DNA of 61,878 bases, the filler included. It is 13 parts of 13 records of this genome, joined end to end, with 100 filler letters (N's around TTAATTAATTAA, not from the genome) between each part and the next. Parts side by side here need not be neighbours in the genome. Positions count along the whole stretch, not along the records: positions 17,328 to 25,371 come from SRR7504441_67674; positions 25,472 to 28,886 come from SRR7504441_67692; positions 28,987 to 32,475 come from SRR7504441_67753; positions 32,576 to 36,747 come from SRR7504441_67761; 9 more parts are not named here. One strand, 5' to 3'. The notes under the pieces were generated by a model. The model searched no databases. It saw only the letters and a list, made by a program, of their open reading frames with translations, and was not told where the DNA came from. Position 1 is the first letter of the stretch. Every line of letters begins with the position of its first letter. A program made the translations under genes and the position numbers. Shown one piece after another: positions 23,903 to 35,500 of the stretch.

Positions 23903-25158
23903 ATGGCTGTTTCGCGGCACTTTACCAGGCATGATAAGTTTGGTGAGGGCCGCCCTGCGCTCGGCCTGAGGTTGCCGGGCTGCAGAGGGCGGCGGGGTCC
24001 CAGTGGACGGCGAAGAGTACATGATGGGGATCGACGAAGCCGGCCGTGGCCCCGCGATCGGTCCAATGGTCTACGGATCCTGTTGCTGTCCGATCAAGCG
24101 CGAAGTCGCGCTGAAGACGCTCGGCTTTATGGGTGCTCCACTTGCTGTCGGTTGTCACTGAGCAGGCGACCAGACTCCAAGGCGCTGACAGACGCTAAAA
24201 GACAGGCGCTGCTGGCCACAATCAAACGGAACGACTGGATCCTGTGGCACACACACACAATATCTGCTACCACCATATCCAATGCAATGCTCCGAAGGTG
24301 CCGACCGGCTGCCGCCGAGCTGACAAGCCGCAGCAACAAATACTCGCTCAATCAGCTGTCACACGATTCCGCGATCGCTATGATCCGGCACTTTCTCGAC
24401 CGCGGGGTGAACGTCACTCAGGTACCCGGGGGTCGCCTGAGTCTCAGCTCTGCCGGGCGACAGGTCTACGTCGATGCTGTGGGAAACTCAGACCACTATG
24501 CGGATAAGCTGCGGCGCTTGTTCCCAGCCATGCAGGCAACGGTTTAGCGCCGCAAGTGTCCAACCATTTTTCAGGTGCTAGTGACTTCAAAGTGCGACGC
24601 ACTGTATCCTATCTGTTCTGCTGGCTCAATCTGTGCAAAGGCAGCTTGCTCGCAGGTTGGCTGTAATGTGAAAGTCTCTCACAGGTGACCCGAGACTTTG
24701 AGATTCAAAACACCACCATTGCAGAGCCAGGGCTCGAGCTCCAGGGCTCGTGGGGCTCGGGCTACCCTTCAGGTAGCGTGCCGTTCGGTTCAGCCGTGTG
24801 ACGCGATGGGTTCCAGACCAGACATGCAAGGACTGGTTGGAGGCGAACTTGGATCCAGTGTTTGGATACCCGAGCGCTGTGCGGTGCTGTGCAAGCTCGG
24901 CCAGGGGCCATGATTCGGAATCTGGTCAGGTTCAGTTGGGGCCCCGTTAAAGAGCTGATGGCGAGCCGTGGGGTTCCTGTGGACTGGTCGCCCCGAGCTG
25001 CTTGCATAGTGAGCCTAATATGTTGACCCAGGCGGGATGAGGACGAGGATGAGCTGCTGCAGCCAAAGCTCTCGTTTGAGCCGGCTGCAACTCGGCCAAC
25101 CAAGCGATTTCGGTACTTCTCAACCAGAGGGCTTTCACAGGTAGATGCGCGGAACTGA
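23903..25158 (+). CDS. RNASEH2A: Ribonuclease H2 catalytic subunit A
   Basis: Spliced product gives [60 protein letters not shown] and PVFGYP..VRFSW. Nine introns: 23943-23985, 24133-24173, 24298-24333, 24422-24463, 24536-24574 (GC), 24641-24684 (GC), 24773-24816, 24884-24929, 24987-25031. Confidence 0.93.
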
Positions 25159-25471
25159 TGCTTTTATTTGACTGTTGTGATACAAGGTCACCTGTTTCTG
25201 AGTGTAGTTTGACCCGAGAGGCATTTACACACGAGTTACATTCAAGCAGTTAGCTACACGAATCCACGACTTGAGGTTGAGTCTACTCATTATGCACATG
25301 CCGCGATCATGCCGTTGATCATTCTCATGATTATTTGAGATTCTTGTATTTTTGGCCTAGGTATTTTAGGCNNNNNNNNNNNNNNNNNNNNNNNNNNNNN
25401 NNNNNNNNNNNNNNNTTAATTAATTAANNNNNNNNNNNNNNNNNNNNNNNNNNNNNNNNNNNNNNNNNNNN

Positions 25472-25538
25472 CTTTGACTGCGCTGGTCTTGCCGCAGCCC
25501 GGCTGTCCGGTGACCAGCAGCCAGCGCCTCGACGACAT
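25472..25538 (-). CDS. N-terminus of a P-loop NTPase (THEP1/NTPCR-like), 3' truncated
   Basis: MSSRRWLLVTGQPGCGKTSAVK: Walker A immediately after the start. Confidence 0.6.
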
Positions 25539-25800
25539 GCGTGCCCTGCGTACCTTCGCTTGACCGCGAGTCGAGCTCCACGACTTGTCCGTTTGGTCCG
25601 GTCAGCTTGCGGTGCACAGTCGACGCCACGACATTCAAGAAGAAAGAATTGTCTTAGTATAATGTGCTACGTACAATACCGTAACAATACCGCACTTTAA
25701 AACCCTCTTTGGGTTATCATATAGGCTGCAGTTACTGTAAAGATGTTGATCAATTGATACGCCATATAGATATATCTGGAACTCACCATATTCATGGTTG

Positions 25801-27414
25801 TCATGCGAGCGAGTCCAGCTCGCTTTGCGTGAAACGAACTTGTGGCACATTTGTGAGTAGATCACGCAAGTGCTCCGGCTTGCGGGCTCCGCAAATATGA
25901 ACAATACAAGGCCAGCGTTGCCGCATCCACGCCTGGCCCATGCACCCGCTCACACGACGCAAGCAGGCTATCCAGCTCACCAGTACCAGTACGTGTGGCG
26001 AGACACCCTTTGATCGCGCCATGGCAGCCACCCTCGGGAAGTCGGACGCCAGATTGCGTCGCTGCTCGCGTGCCTGGTGGCCACCAAGCGCTCCGTACGG
26101 GCAGAAGGCGATCCCAAGCTCCGTGCAAAGCTCCTGCAACCGGAGCCAATCACTAAACCCAGAGCGCTGACGGACCAGAATCTCGTTCTTGTTCGACTTG
26201 GCGACGGGCCCCTGCCGCTTACGCTTGCTTTCTGCAGCCCTGTCCCACAGCGAGTATTGGTTCCTGCCCACAGTCTCGCGAGCCGCCCGCAGCCTGGCAG
26301 CGTACTGCACTGCAGCAATCGGCAAGATCTGCCGGGCTAACTGCACATGCGCTGTAGAGCAGTTGCACAGGCCGACCTGCTTGACAACCCCTTCGTCCAC
26401 CAGCCGCCGCACCGCCGCCAGCGCCGCCAGGAATTCCGTTGGGTCATCCACCGAATAGCCGTCGCAATGGTGGAAACTCCAAAGATCGATTGGTCGACCG
26501 AGAGCCGCACTCTGGGCTCGGATCCGAGCTGCGAGCTGCTCGGGCGAGTGCCTGGCCGGCAGCCAGCCCTTGGCGGTCTTGTTAACCCGCTTCATACCTC
26601 CCTTGGTCCCGACGAGCACTACGACAGGCTCTGGATACCGCCGGAGCGCCTCAGCCACCAGCAGCTCAGCATAGTGCTCTTCGCCCGGTCCCTCGCAGTA
26701 GCAGTCGCTGGTATCGATGAACCGGGCCCCCATCCCGAGCGCCTGGTGGATCAGCCCTATCGCCTGCTCGCGCTCCGGCCGGCCTCCTCCAGAGTAGGTC
26801 ACACCCAGAGCAAGTGTGCCGAGCCCGAGAGCCGGCAACAACACGCCGCCGATCGCCACCCGGCTGGGCGGGGGGAGCACCCGGCCCACATCGAAAAGCT
26901 TGAGTTCCCGGCCCCGTCGGGTCTCTGAGCCTAACCGGCCTGCGGCTGCCGCAGTCTTCTCGCGGCCTGCTGGCCCGGCCAGTCGCAGGATGCGCTGAAT
27001 GATCTCGGCGGACAGCTTGGCGAACCGATCGGTGCCGCCGAGCACCCGGAAGCGGTACCGGACCCCCCAGCTCGGCTTGCCCAGAGTGACCAGCGCCTGG
27101 TCGGCCAGCTCGGCCGGCTGCCCGGGGACGAGCCGCTGCTGGCCCAACACAACACCGTTGCCCGAGCCGAGGTCCTCCAGCCCAAGCCGGTCCGACCCGG
27201 CCAGTCGGGCGATCCTGGCGTGCCGCCGCGATATGAGCAGCTTGGGGTTGAGTGCAGGGTCGGCCGCGGCCACGGCAGACGGGTCCGGCTGGAGCTTGAG
27301 CACTCCGCTGTCGGCCTGGCGCCCGAGCACCAGCGGCAGCGTGTTGTCTGAGAGATCGATGCGCTGCGGGAGGCCCGCAGATGCGGGGCCCTCAAGCTCC
27401 AGCCAGGCGGGCAT
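25801..27414 (-). CDS. FHA domain + F-box-like linker + aldo-keto reductase fusion
   Basis: FHA (LGRQ, ISRRHARI, LEDLGSGNGV); DRFAKLSAEIIQRIL; AKR (LGLGT, FIDTSDCY, VGTKGG, IDLWSFH, VGLCN, AVQ/NQYSLW, IAFCPYGALGG). In-frame introns at 26264-26305, 26134-26175 and 25933-25980. Confidence 0.85.
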   Translation of the reverse strand: MPAWLELEGPASAGLPQRIDLSDNTLPLVLGRQADSGVLKLQPDPSAVAAADPALNPKLLISRRHARIARLAGSDRLGLEDLGSGNGVVLGQQRLVPGQPAELADQALVTLGKPSWGVRYRFRVLGGTDRFAKLSAEIIQRILRLAGPAGREKTAAAAGRLGSETRRGRELKLFDVGRVLPPPSRVAIGGVLLPALGLGTLALGVTYSGGGRPEREQAIGLIHQALGMGARFIDTSDCYCEGPGEEHYAELLVAEALRRYPEPVVVLVGTKGGMKRVNKTAKGWLPARHSPEQLAARIRAQSAALGRPIDLWSFHHCDGYSVDDPTEFLAALAAVRRLVDEGVVKQVGLCNCSTAHVQLARQILPIAAVQYAARLRAARETVGRNQYSLWDRAAESKRKRQGPVAKSNKNEILVRQRSGFSDWLRLQELCTELGIAFCPYGALGGHQAREQRRNLASDFPRVAAMARSKGVSPHVLVLVSWIACLRRVSGCMGQAWMRQRWPCIVHICGARKPEHLRDLLTNVPQVRFTQSELDSLA

Positions 27415-27710
27415 CTCCCCGCGCCCGGACGTGTTCACCGCCTGCTGGCCACACCTGGTTCGGCAGAATGGTGTGGATTCTTGTTGGCGACTTTCGGTTT
27501 CACAATGATCGTTCCGAGCCTTGTCTGATGAGTGAGGAAATGATGTATCGAATACAATCATGCATGCAGGTGCTGGTCAAGAACGCGGTGCGGCGGGGAC
27601 CGGAGGGAGCGACCGGACGTCAGCTAACCGTCAGCAGCAAGATCAGTGACGCGGGGTGGAGGAAGAGCGCGGTGGGGCTAGGCAAGGCTGACGATCATTT
27701 TATGAAATCA

Positions 27711-28452
27711 TCATACTCCACTATCTTCATCCGCCTTCAGCCGGTTCCCCGCATCCTCGACCAGCTGCGCCGCCTCCTTGATCGCCCTGCGCCCAACCGC
27801 CTCAACCGGCACTCGAGCCGAGCAGCATACTCCCTCAGGCTAGTTGCCGCTGCCCGCTGTTCCTGCTGCTGTGCCTCCGCCCGCTCCAGCAGCTCCTGCA
27901 GCGCCTGCGTCCGGCTCGCTGGCCGGCCCACGGGCTGCTGGCCTGAACTGGCCGGTACTGATTGACCATTGCGAGCATGTTTGCCGATATCGTCTTCAGG
28001 TCCTCGATCTCCCGCCCGGCTCAGCCTCGCCCCCCGGCAGGGCGCACCTTGGCCGCCGCATTCCCGCTGTCCGCCCCGGCCCGGTGCGCCATAACCCGAG
28101 TCAGCTCGATCGTGTTGAGCAGCAGCGCGTGGTTGAGTCGAACGATCTCGGTCCGGGGGTCGGCATCGGGCGAGTACAGCCGCTTCTGCTCCATCCCTCG
28201 CATCGTCAGCTCCGGGTCGCCCAGCTGCACCAGCTGCTCGCTCGCCTGCACCGGGCTCGCCCGATCCGGCCCGAGGGGCTCGCCGGCTTGGTCTGGCCGA
28301 AGCAGGTGTAGTCGCCAGTCGGGATCGCAGGCGGGGGCGGCCCAGCCCCCGGCGAGTGGTACAGCGTGTAGTACCTGCCCGGCGGCTCCCGGCCGGGAGA
28401 TGGGGAGGCCACACCTCCGGGGCGGCTCGGGCAGCGTCGCCTGCTGCTCCAT
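27711..28452 (-). CDS. MED7: Mediator complex subunit 7
   Basis: LPEPP..YY, PPPAIPTGDYTCFGQ, KRLYS, EIVRLNHALLLN and IEDLKTISANMLAMVN match the Med7 pattern; several tiny introns. Confidence 0.75.
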
Positions 28453-28564
28453 CCGGTGTGTCTCCGGCGAGGTCGATACAGCTCGGGCCTGCCGGCAGGG
28501 CAGGGACAACACCAACTGCAGCTGAACTTTGCCGGCTTTGGCGCGCCCGCTCGCGTCCGACGGA

Positions 28565-28886
28565 ATGGGTTGTGGTGGATCGAAAGAAGAGAAAGGCTCG
28601 AAGGAGACCAGGAACACCGCTCGCGAGCAGGAGGCATCTGCCACACAGACCGCCACCAAGCAGCCCGCGCCCAAGGATGGCGCCGTCACAGCCGCCGAGA
28701 AGCCGGCCGACCCCCCGATCCAAACCATGGTCCAAGCCGAGGCCAGCGCCGCCGCCGAGGACAGCGCCGCGGTCGAATCCTTCAAGAAATCTGTGGAAGA
28801 AGCCGAGAGCGCCGCGCAACCCGAGCAGCCAGCCCCACTCGAAACTGATCTCGCCCGAGTCGAGGGCGAGGCTGGCCGATCTGCTG
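28565..28886 (+). CDS. N-terminally acylated protein (MGCGGSK), 3' truncated
   Basis: MGCxxSK myristoylation/palmitoylation consensus followed by a low-complexity A/E/P-rich region. Confidence 0.6.
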
Positions 28887-28986
28887 NNNNNNNNNNNNNN
28901 NNNNNNNNNNNNNNNNNNNNNNNNNNNNNNTTAATTAATTAANNNNNNNNNNNNNNNNNNNNNNNNNNNNNNNNNNNNNNNNNNNN

Positions 28987-31900
28987 TCGGCGCCGAGCCG
29001 ATGGCCTGGGCGGTGAGCCAGTTTATTAATCCCGAGCGGCTGACAGCTGGGCAGGTGGGCGAGAACGGCAAAATTCTTCACAACAGCCAGCTGGATACTG
29101 CAGTCCCCGACTGCAACACAAATACAGCGGCCGAGGTGGCGGTGGTCCCTACCGCCGAAGAGGAGACCGCAATATATGACGCCGACATGATGGTGCCGGC
29201 CACCCTGCGCGGCGGTTCACCCGGCCACAGGCTACTGCTGCGTCGGTGGCGGCTGGCGTAGCCGTCGCAAGCGCAGTCGCGGTTACTGCTGTCACCGCCG
29301 GTCTGGGGGCCGGGCTCGGCGCAGGGGCCGTGGCTGGGGCCGGGGCGGGCGTAGGGGCCGCGGCCGGGGCTGGGGCTGGGGCCGGGGCGGGGGCGGGCGG
29401 CGGGGCTAGTTCTGGTGGCGCCACGGTTGCAGACGCGACGAACCTGGTGTCGTCACTGCAGGGCGTGTCTTTATTTGGTCAGATGAATTGCGTCTCAGAC
29501 ATGCCCTCAGTGGGCCAGATGTCCGGTGAAATCCCAACGCCCGCCCTGCTTTTAATTAATCCCATGGACAGATGATCTCAAATGGACCACGCTTCAGTTC
29601 AAACAGCCGTGGGGTGGCGGCGGCCGGCGGAGCGGCGACGACGGTACGCCATGGCGCGAGCCGTGGACCAATAAGCCGGGCTTCAGCGTGTGGGACCGAC
29701 TGCGAATCCTTTAGGATAGCGCTCGTCATTTATTTTCTGGTGGCGGCGCTGGTGGTGGGGCATGCAGTACACACCTACACGCGCGGCGATCGGGTCCCTC
29801 TGGTGAGCCCGGCTATGTGCACAGATAGCGGCTGATTGACGGCTATTTCTAGGTCCTTTGCTTCCCCGCGATCGAGAATTTGGCGGTTAAGCTACTGTTT
29901 GGGAGTGGGGCTGTCACAGCAGGGATGGTGCTACTCCCGACGGTCCAGATCTCGTGGTATTATACCTTTCTGGCGGCGCTTCTGATCAGCCTGGTGCTCG
30001 TTCCTTACATTGTTTGGCTGCTCCACCTGCTGCACACCCGGTGCGAGATAGACGGGTCGCACTGCTCCTACGTCAGCAACAACCCCAAGAACATCATGTA
30101 CAGCAGCCGGGCTCTCATGTATGCCCTCGGCACGGCACAATACAGCCGGTACAATGCCACCAAAAACAAAAATCAGCGCGCACGCAGCCCTAGGCTGCGC
30201 GAGGGCTACTCTGCTGCCAAGAGGAAAGGCACTCGCATACTCTCCCGGGGAGAATCCGGGTACTATGTACGCAGGCGCGACGTGCCTGCTGAGGCCAGCT
30301 CGGCTTCCCAACCTGCGATTGGCTCCGGTGACGGACGAGCCGAGGAGGAGGGTGGGGCGTCGGTGGAACTGGGCAGGATGAGCTCAACGGCTGACTGGGT
30401 GGACCCTCTAAGCCAGCCGATCGAAGAACCGTTGGAGGAGGAGCCAGAAAGCGAGCCGGAAGAGGAGGAGTCGTGCTGGGCGCGGGTGGTCAAGGGTCGG
30501 AGGGGCACGTGGGGCGGCGGGCAGGCCGAGGCGGCAGCGAGTAAAGTGTTCGACGAGCTGGTTGTGCTGGTGGACAGCTTGCTAGCCGTTGATCTAGACA
30601 AGCGACGGCGCGAGCGTTGGACTGATGAGATCTCGGATAAGGAACGGGCGTATGAGAGACTTTCGGGGATGCTTGATTGCTCGCAACAGAGCGACGAGGC
30701 GACTTTGGACTCGGCAAAGCCGTTAGAGCAAGTGCCTGACGGTAGGCAGATCGCGCTGCTCGCTCTGGTAGATCCGCAGATCGGGCAGCTGGCCAAGGCC
30801 CGGCTGCGGGCGCTGCTGGCGACCCAGCCGCTGCTCGCAAAGCACGATGCGGGCTCGGAGGGCGGCGAGGACGGGCTTGGGAGCCCGGAGCTTGAAGAGA
30901 TCAGGGAGCTGCGGGCGGTGATGGCGAGTGAGCGGTTCAAGCTGGGCTGGGTGCAGCGGTGGTGGTTCCCGTGCTGCTCTGTTGAGCCTGAGGTGGCGCT
31001 CAGAAAGCTGGCGAGTGAGGCCGGGCCGCCGCTGCAGGAGCGGCTGGGGGAGATGGCCGGGCCGATGTTGGCGCATCTGGAGATAATTAGCGATAAATGC
31101 AAGCTGATGGAGCTGAAACGACGGCAAGCTCAGAGCTTTCTGGTGTTGCACGGCGGTCTGTTCGGTGCGGGCCTGCAGCGCTCGGTGAGCTGACTGGATG
31201 GTGCAGTGAAATATACGCCACGGTACAAGTATACAGAGGTAGGCGCGCGGCCGGGTGGCACTTAGTCAGCTGGCAGATATTTAAATATTGCAGCGTTCTG
31301 GCGATGTCGATGTCTGTTGGGCTACTCCAGCGATGGCGGCACGCCCAGGCATTCAGCTGATGATAACTGGATTTTTTTGAGTTCGAACCGCAGGCTATCG
31401 CGACCTGCGTCATCCTGTTCATTACCCTGTTCTACTACATTCTTGCCCCTGGCAGCATCTACAACAGCCACCTCCGTCGCGGGTTCGGTCGGCCGGTTTG
31501 GCGACGGGTGGCCTGACGGTGTCTGGCGCAGAGGTTGTTGAGAGGATGTGCTACTGCACAGCCGGGGTGATGGTAGCACTCCACGTCTACGGCACGGCTT
31601 CGTTCCCGCCGGGCGCCATTAACTACGTCAATATGGCCGGACTGTGCACAAATGTGGTTTACCTCTTGATACGAGTTTCACCGCGGGTAGGAGGGCTGTG
31701 CTCTTCCTGCAAAGAGCAGCCCAGGTGGCCTCTAGTACCGGCAGTCGTGGCCTAACGCCCCGGGGGCAGCGACGAGCCCGAGCCGACGGACGAGCCGGAG
31801 GTGTTGGTGCGTCATTTGGATGAGGATTCTCCGAAGGAAGTCGCAACCGACAGCAAGGACGGCATCACTGTCGAGCCTGAAGCGCACCACGAGTCCCCTG

Positions 31901-32130
31901 GCAAGGGCCCAACGGAACCACCGCCGCCGGCTAGCTCGGAGGAGCCGAGTTTGGTGGCGGAGGAGGTTCCAGTTGACGAGATTGAGCTGAACGAGGTGGC
32001 GGATGAGGGCGAGGCGAGCAGACGGGATGATAGTGTGCTGCACGGGCTGTTTGCGGACCAGCACGCGCACCGTTTCAGCTCTGTTGAAGACGAGCGGCGG
32101 TGGTCGAGTCGAGTGCAACCGCCTTACTAA
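28987..32130 (+). CDS. Multi-exon polytopic membrane protein (Gly/Ala-rich first TM, TRP-like TM region), 5' truncated
   Basis: GVAVASAVAV...(AG)n...NLVSSLQ, several hydrophobic helices, HGGLF|VKYTPRY after splicing, and an acidic tail ending at TAA 32130. Confidence 0.55.
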
Positions 32131-32575
32131 GTGGTGGCGATTATAAAACCCGCCCGCCTGACGCCTAGTATTGCAGAGGCAGAACGCTTCAATGAAGAGT
32201 TGGTTAGGCTGCAGATTGAGCCGTGGCCACACTCTACGACTAGTGAGCGCAGCTGCTGCGAGCAGGCCCCCGGCTAGTTTGCTTGTGATGATGCTTACAT
32301 ACTATGCAGTGTATGATATAAACTGAAATACTATTCGAGAGAGTACTTAAACATAAAGTCTGTACGTACATTATCGGTATAGATCTAGACTAAACCCGTA
32401 ATACGACCTACGAGTACGTATGACAACTAGTAATGCCAATACCGCCTATACTCGAAGTCCTCCAACCTCCTTCGGNNNNNNNNNNNNNNNNNNNNNNNNN
32501 NNNNNNNNNNNNNNNNNNNTTAATTAATTAANNNNNNNNNNNNNNNNNNNNNNNNNNNNNNNNNNNNNNNNNNNN

Positions 32576-35500
32576 CTGACCTGAGCTCGGTGAGCTCGCT
32601 TTCTGCCTTCTCCTTGGCGGCGTTCGCATCCTCAATCCTGCCTTGCACGCCCTGCTGGGCCGAGGAAACTATCAGCGCCACCGCCTGCAGCTCCTCTTTT
32701 AACCTGCAGAAACACCACATAAGCACTCGCAACCAAAGATGTATCGATAATCAACCTGTCTCTTTCCTGATTCGTTTGCTCCAGCTGAAGCTCAAGCACA
32801 CTCTTGGCCTCCGCCGCCTCCTCAAGCTGATCTTCCAGCCTCTGCCTGGCCACACTACTTCCTTCCAAGTGCTCCGCCAGCGCTCGATTCCGCTCAATCA
32901 GCTCGTCGTGTTTGACAGAGCTTTTCTGGAAGAATTCGCGCTCCTGAATGCTGTTGCGCAGCCTCTGCTGAAGATCGTCCTTGATGGCGCGCGACTGCTC
33001 GTATTCGTCAGCCAGAGTTTCTCTGGCGCTGATGCTGCTTCCAAGCGCCTCCTGCAGGCCCTGGTTGGCAATACTGCTCCCCTCCAGCTTCCGCCGCGCC
33101 TGCACACCAGTCAGAGTCTGTTTCAGTTGGTTTCAGTTACCTCATCCCGGTCTGCAGCCATCTCTGAGAGCGCCCAGGCCTTGGCTTCGAGCGCCTCCTC
33201 CATCCCTGTAGCAACACAGATCACTTCTTTTACGAAGCTAACCGCACCGGTCAGCGCTGTCCTGAGAGACTCATTCTCAGCCACAACCCGCGACAGCTCC
33301 CCCGCAGCCAGCTCGCGCTCAGCCTTGGCCTCCGCCGCCTTCGCCTCGGCTATTTTTACATCGCGTCTGCCTTCGTCGAGCTGATTGCTCACCTGAAACT
33401 CTGTCAGATACAGTTAAGGTCTGGTCAAGGCACCTTCTCCAGGTCCGCGCGGGCGGTGCTTGCTTCCTGGATCCTATGGGTTCGTTCAGCCTCGCTTCTG
33501 GCCAGCTCGATGCGACATTCGGTCATCTGCTGGTTGACCGCCTCTTTCTCTGACGCACACGCCTTCAGCTCGTTGCTACATTCCTGCAGCTCGAGCGCCA
33601 GCCGCTTGCTGTCAGCCGACGACGCGGCTAGTTCTGCAGCGCACTCCTCGAGTTCGCACATCAACTGAGCCCGTTGGCCGTTGGCTGCCTCGTGCTGGGC
33701 CGAGATATCGACCAGCTGAGATTCCAAAGTCTCCTGCGAGAGCTTCAGTTTGGCCAGTTCCAGCTCCAGAGAGTTGCTGGCCTCTGCGTGCTCTTCCGCT
33801 TTCTTCAGAGCTCGCTCAGTCTCAGCGTTCGATTGGTTCAAACTCTCAGCGCTGGTCTTCAGTTGCTGTTCCAGAGAAACTCGCTCAGCGTCGCTTCTGG
33901 TCAGCTCGATGCGAGACTCGTTCAGCTGCTGGCCAACAGCCTCTTTCTCTGACGCGCACGCCTTCAGCTCATTGCTGCATTCCTGCAGCTCGAGGGCTAG
34001 CCGCTTGCTGTCTGCAGATGACGCCGCCAGCTCCTCGGTGGACTCCTCTAGTTCTGCCATCAAGTTATCTCTGTCGTCTCTGCACCGCTTCAGCTCTGCC
34101 AGGCTCTTGCTCAGCTCTGCCTCGCACTGAGCGCCCGTGCCCCTGCATGCCTCCAGCTCCTGACCTTGCTTCGCCAGCTCAGTCTGTGCTGACTCCAGCC
34201 GAGTTTCCAGCCCAGCGAGGTCCGTTGTGCTCTGATTCAGCGCCTGTTGCAGCTGATCCTTGTCTGAACAGACCATCAACAACCGCTCTTCGCACTCAGC
34301 ATTCTCTGAAGCCAGTCGCTCATTGTCGGCGGCACAGCCGTGCAACTCCTCAATGCATTCCCTCAGCTGCTGTGAAGCATGCTCCTTCTCGTCAGTACAT
34401 AATTCCAGCTCGGTCCTGATTCGGTCCAGCTCCGCTTTCGCTGTGGCCAGCTCCGCAGCACAGGCGGCCAGCTCCGCTTGTGTGGCTTCGACTTGGCCTC
34501 TCGAGCGCTCGCCCTCTAACATTGCTGTGTTTAGCATCTGCAGTGTCTGCTCCTGCAACTCGAGTGAGGGTCGCACCTTCCTAATTAGGGAATAGTGGGG
34601 CGTCACACCTGCTTCTCTGCTATTTGCTGTCTTGACGCCCGCAGCTCGTGGCAAGACGCCTGCTCGGCCGCCAGCGACTCGCCCAGTACCTGCGCATTCC
34701 TGGTTTAGGATTCCCTGCTCTGGGAATGTGTTAAGTTAGGCGATTTCCTAATTAGGAAGGCGGTTAACACCTTGCTTAGACCGATCAGCCGGTCGGCGTC
34801 GAGCCCTTCCTGCTGACTTTCCAGCAACCCAATCTGCTGCCTCATCGCTCCAGCCTGAGCCGATGTCGCCTGACAGTCCATTAATTTCCGTTCAAGTCAG
34901 TTGGGCCACCTTGACATTCGCATCCAGCTGGTTCGTTAACGTCGCCATCACGCGAGATTCGGCACAGAGCGCCCCAATCCGGTCGGCCCGGCCTTGCGAG
35001 ACCCGCTCCAGCCGGCCGATCCCCTCGAGTAGCGCCTGGTGCTCCCCCACCGCTTGCTGGATCGCCATTGCGTACGCCCCAGCCTTTTGCCGCCATCCGG
35101 TCGCGTCAGCTCGCAGCTCGTTCAGCTCCTGCGAAATGCTCTTGTTCTGACTTCTGGTCTGCTCGTCCTCCTGGCGCAGACTCCTGTTCTGGCCCCTCAG
35201 CCGGTCAAGCTCGTCCTCCTTCAGAGCGAGCGCCTTCTCCACTTTGAGCACCTGCATGGCCGTTAGATTTCAGTTGGTGTCCGTTGAGGCACCGAGGTTT
35301 GGATCTGGTTTCGCGAGGCTTTGGAGCTCTTTCTCTCAGCCGCAAGACACTCCTCCAACTGTTGTATCTGACCAGCCAACTTGGCCTCGGTGCCCTCAAA
35401 CACCTTAGACTGCTCCTGGATTTTCTGTCCCCCAGACCGGGTTAATACACCTTCCTAATTGGGAAATGCTCTAGTGTAACACTTTCCTAATCAGGCAAGT

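Noticed and set aside
23778-23930. Hydrophobic frame upstream of ATG 23777 interrupted by two TGA codons, suggesting TGA=Trp
   Set aside because: The region is the short divergent gap before RNASEH2A (start 23903). Conserved Trp residues elsewhere use TGG and TGA terminates CLC, CNOT4-like, Kir and RNASEH2A.
24021-25031. Apparent frameshifts in RNASEH2A, TrpRS, MED7 and MND1 as pseudogenes or programmed frameshifting
   Set aside because: Where I traced them, tiny spliceosomal introns restore the conserved motifs.
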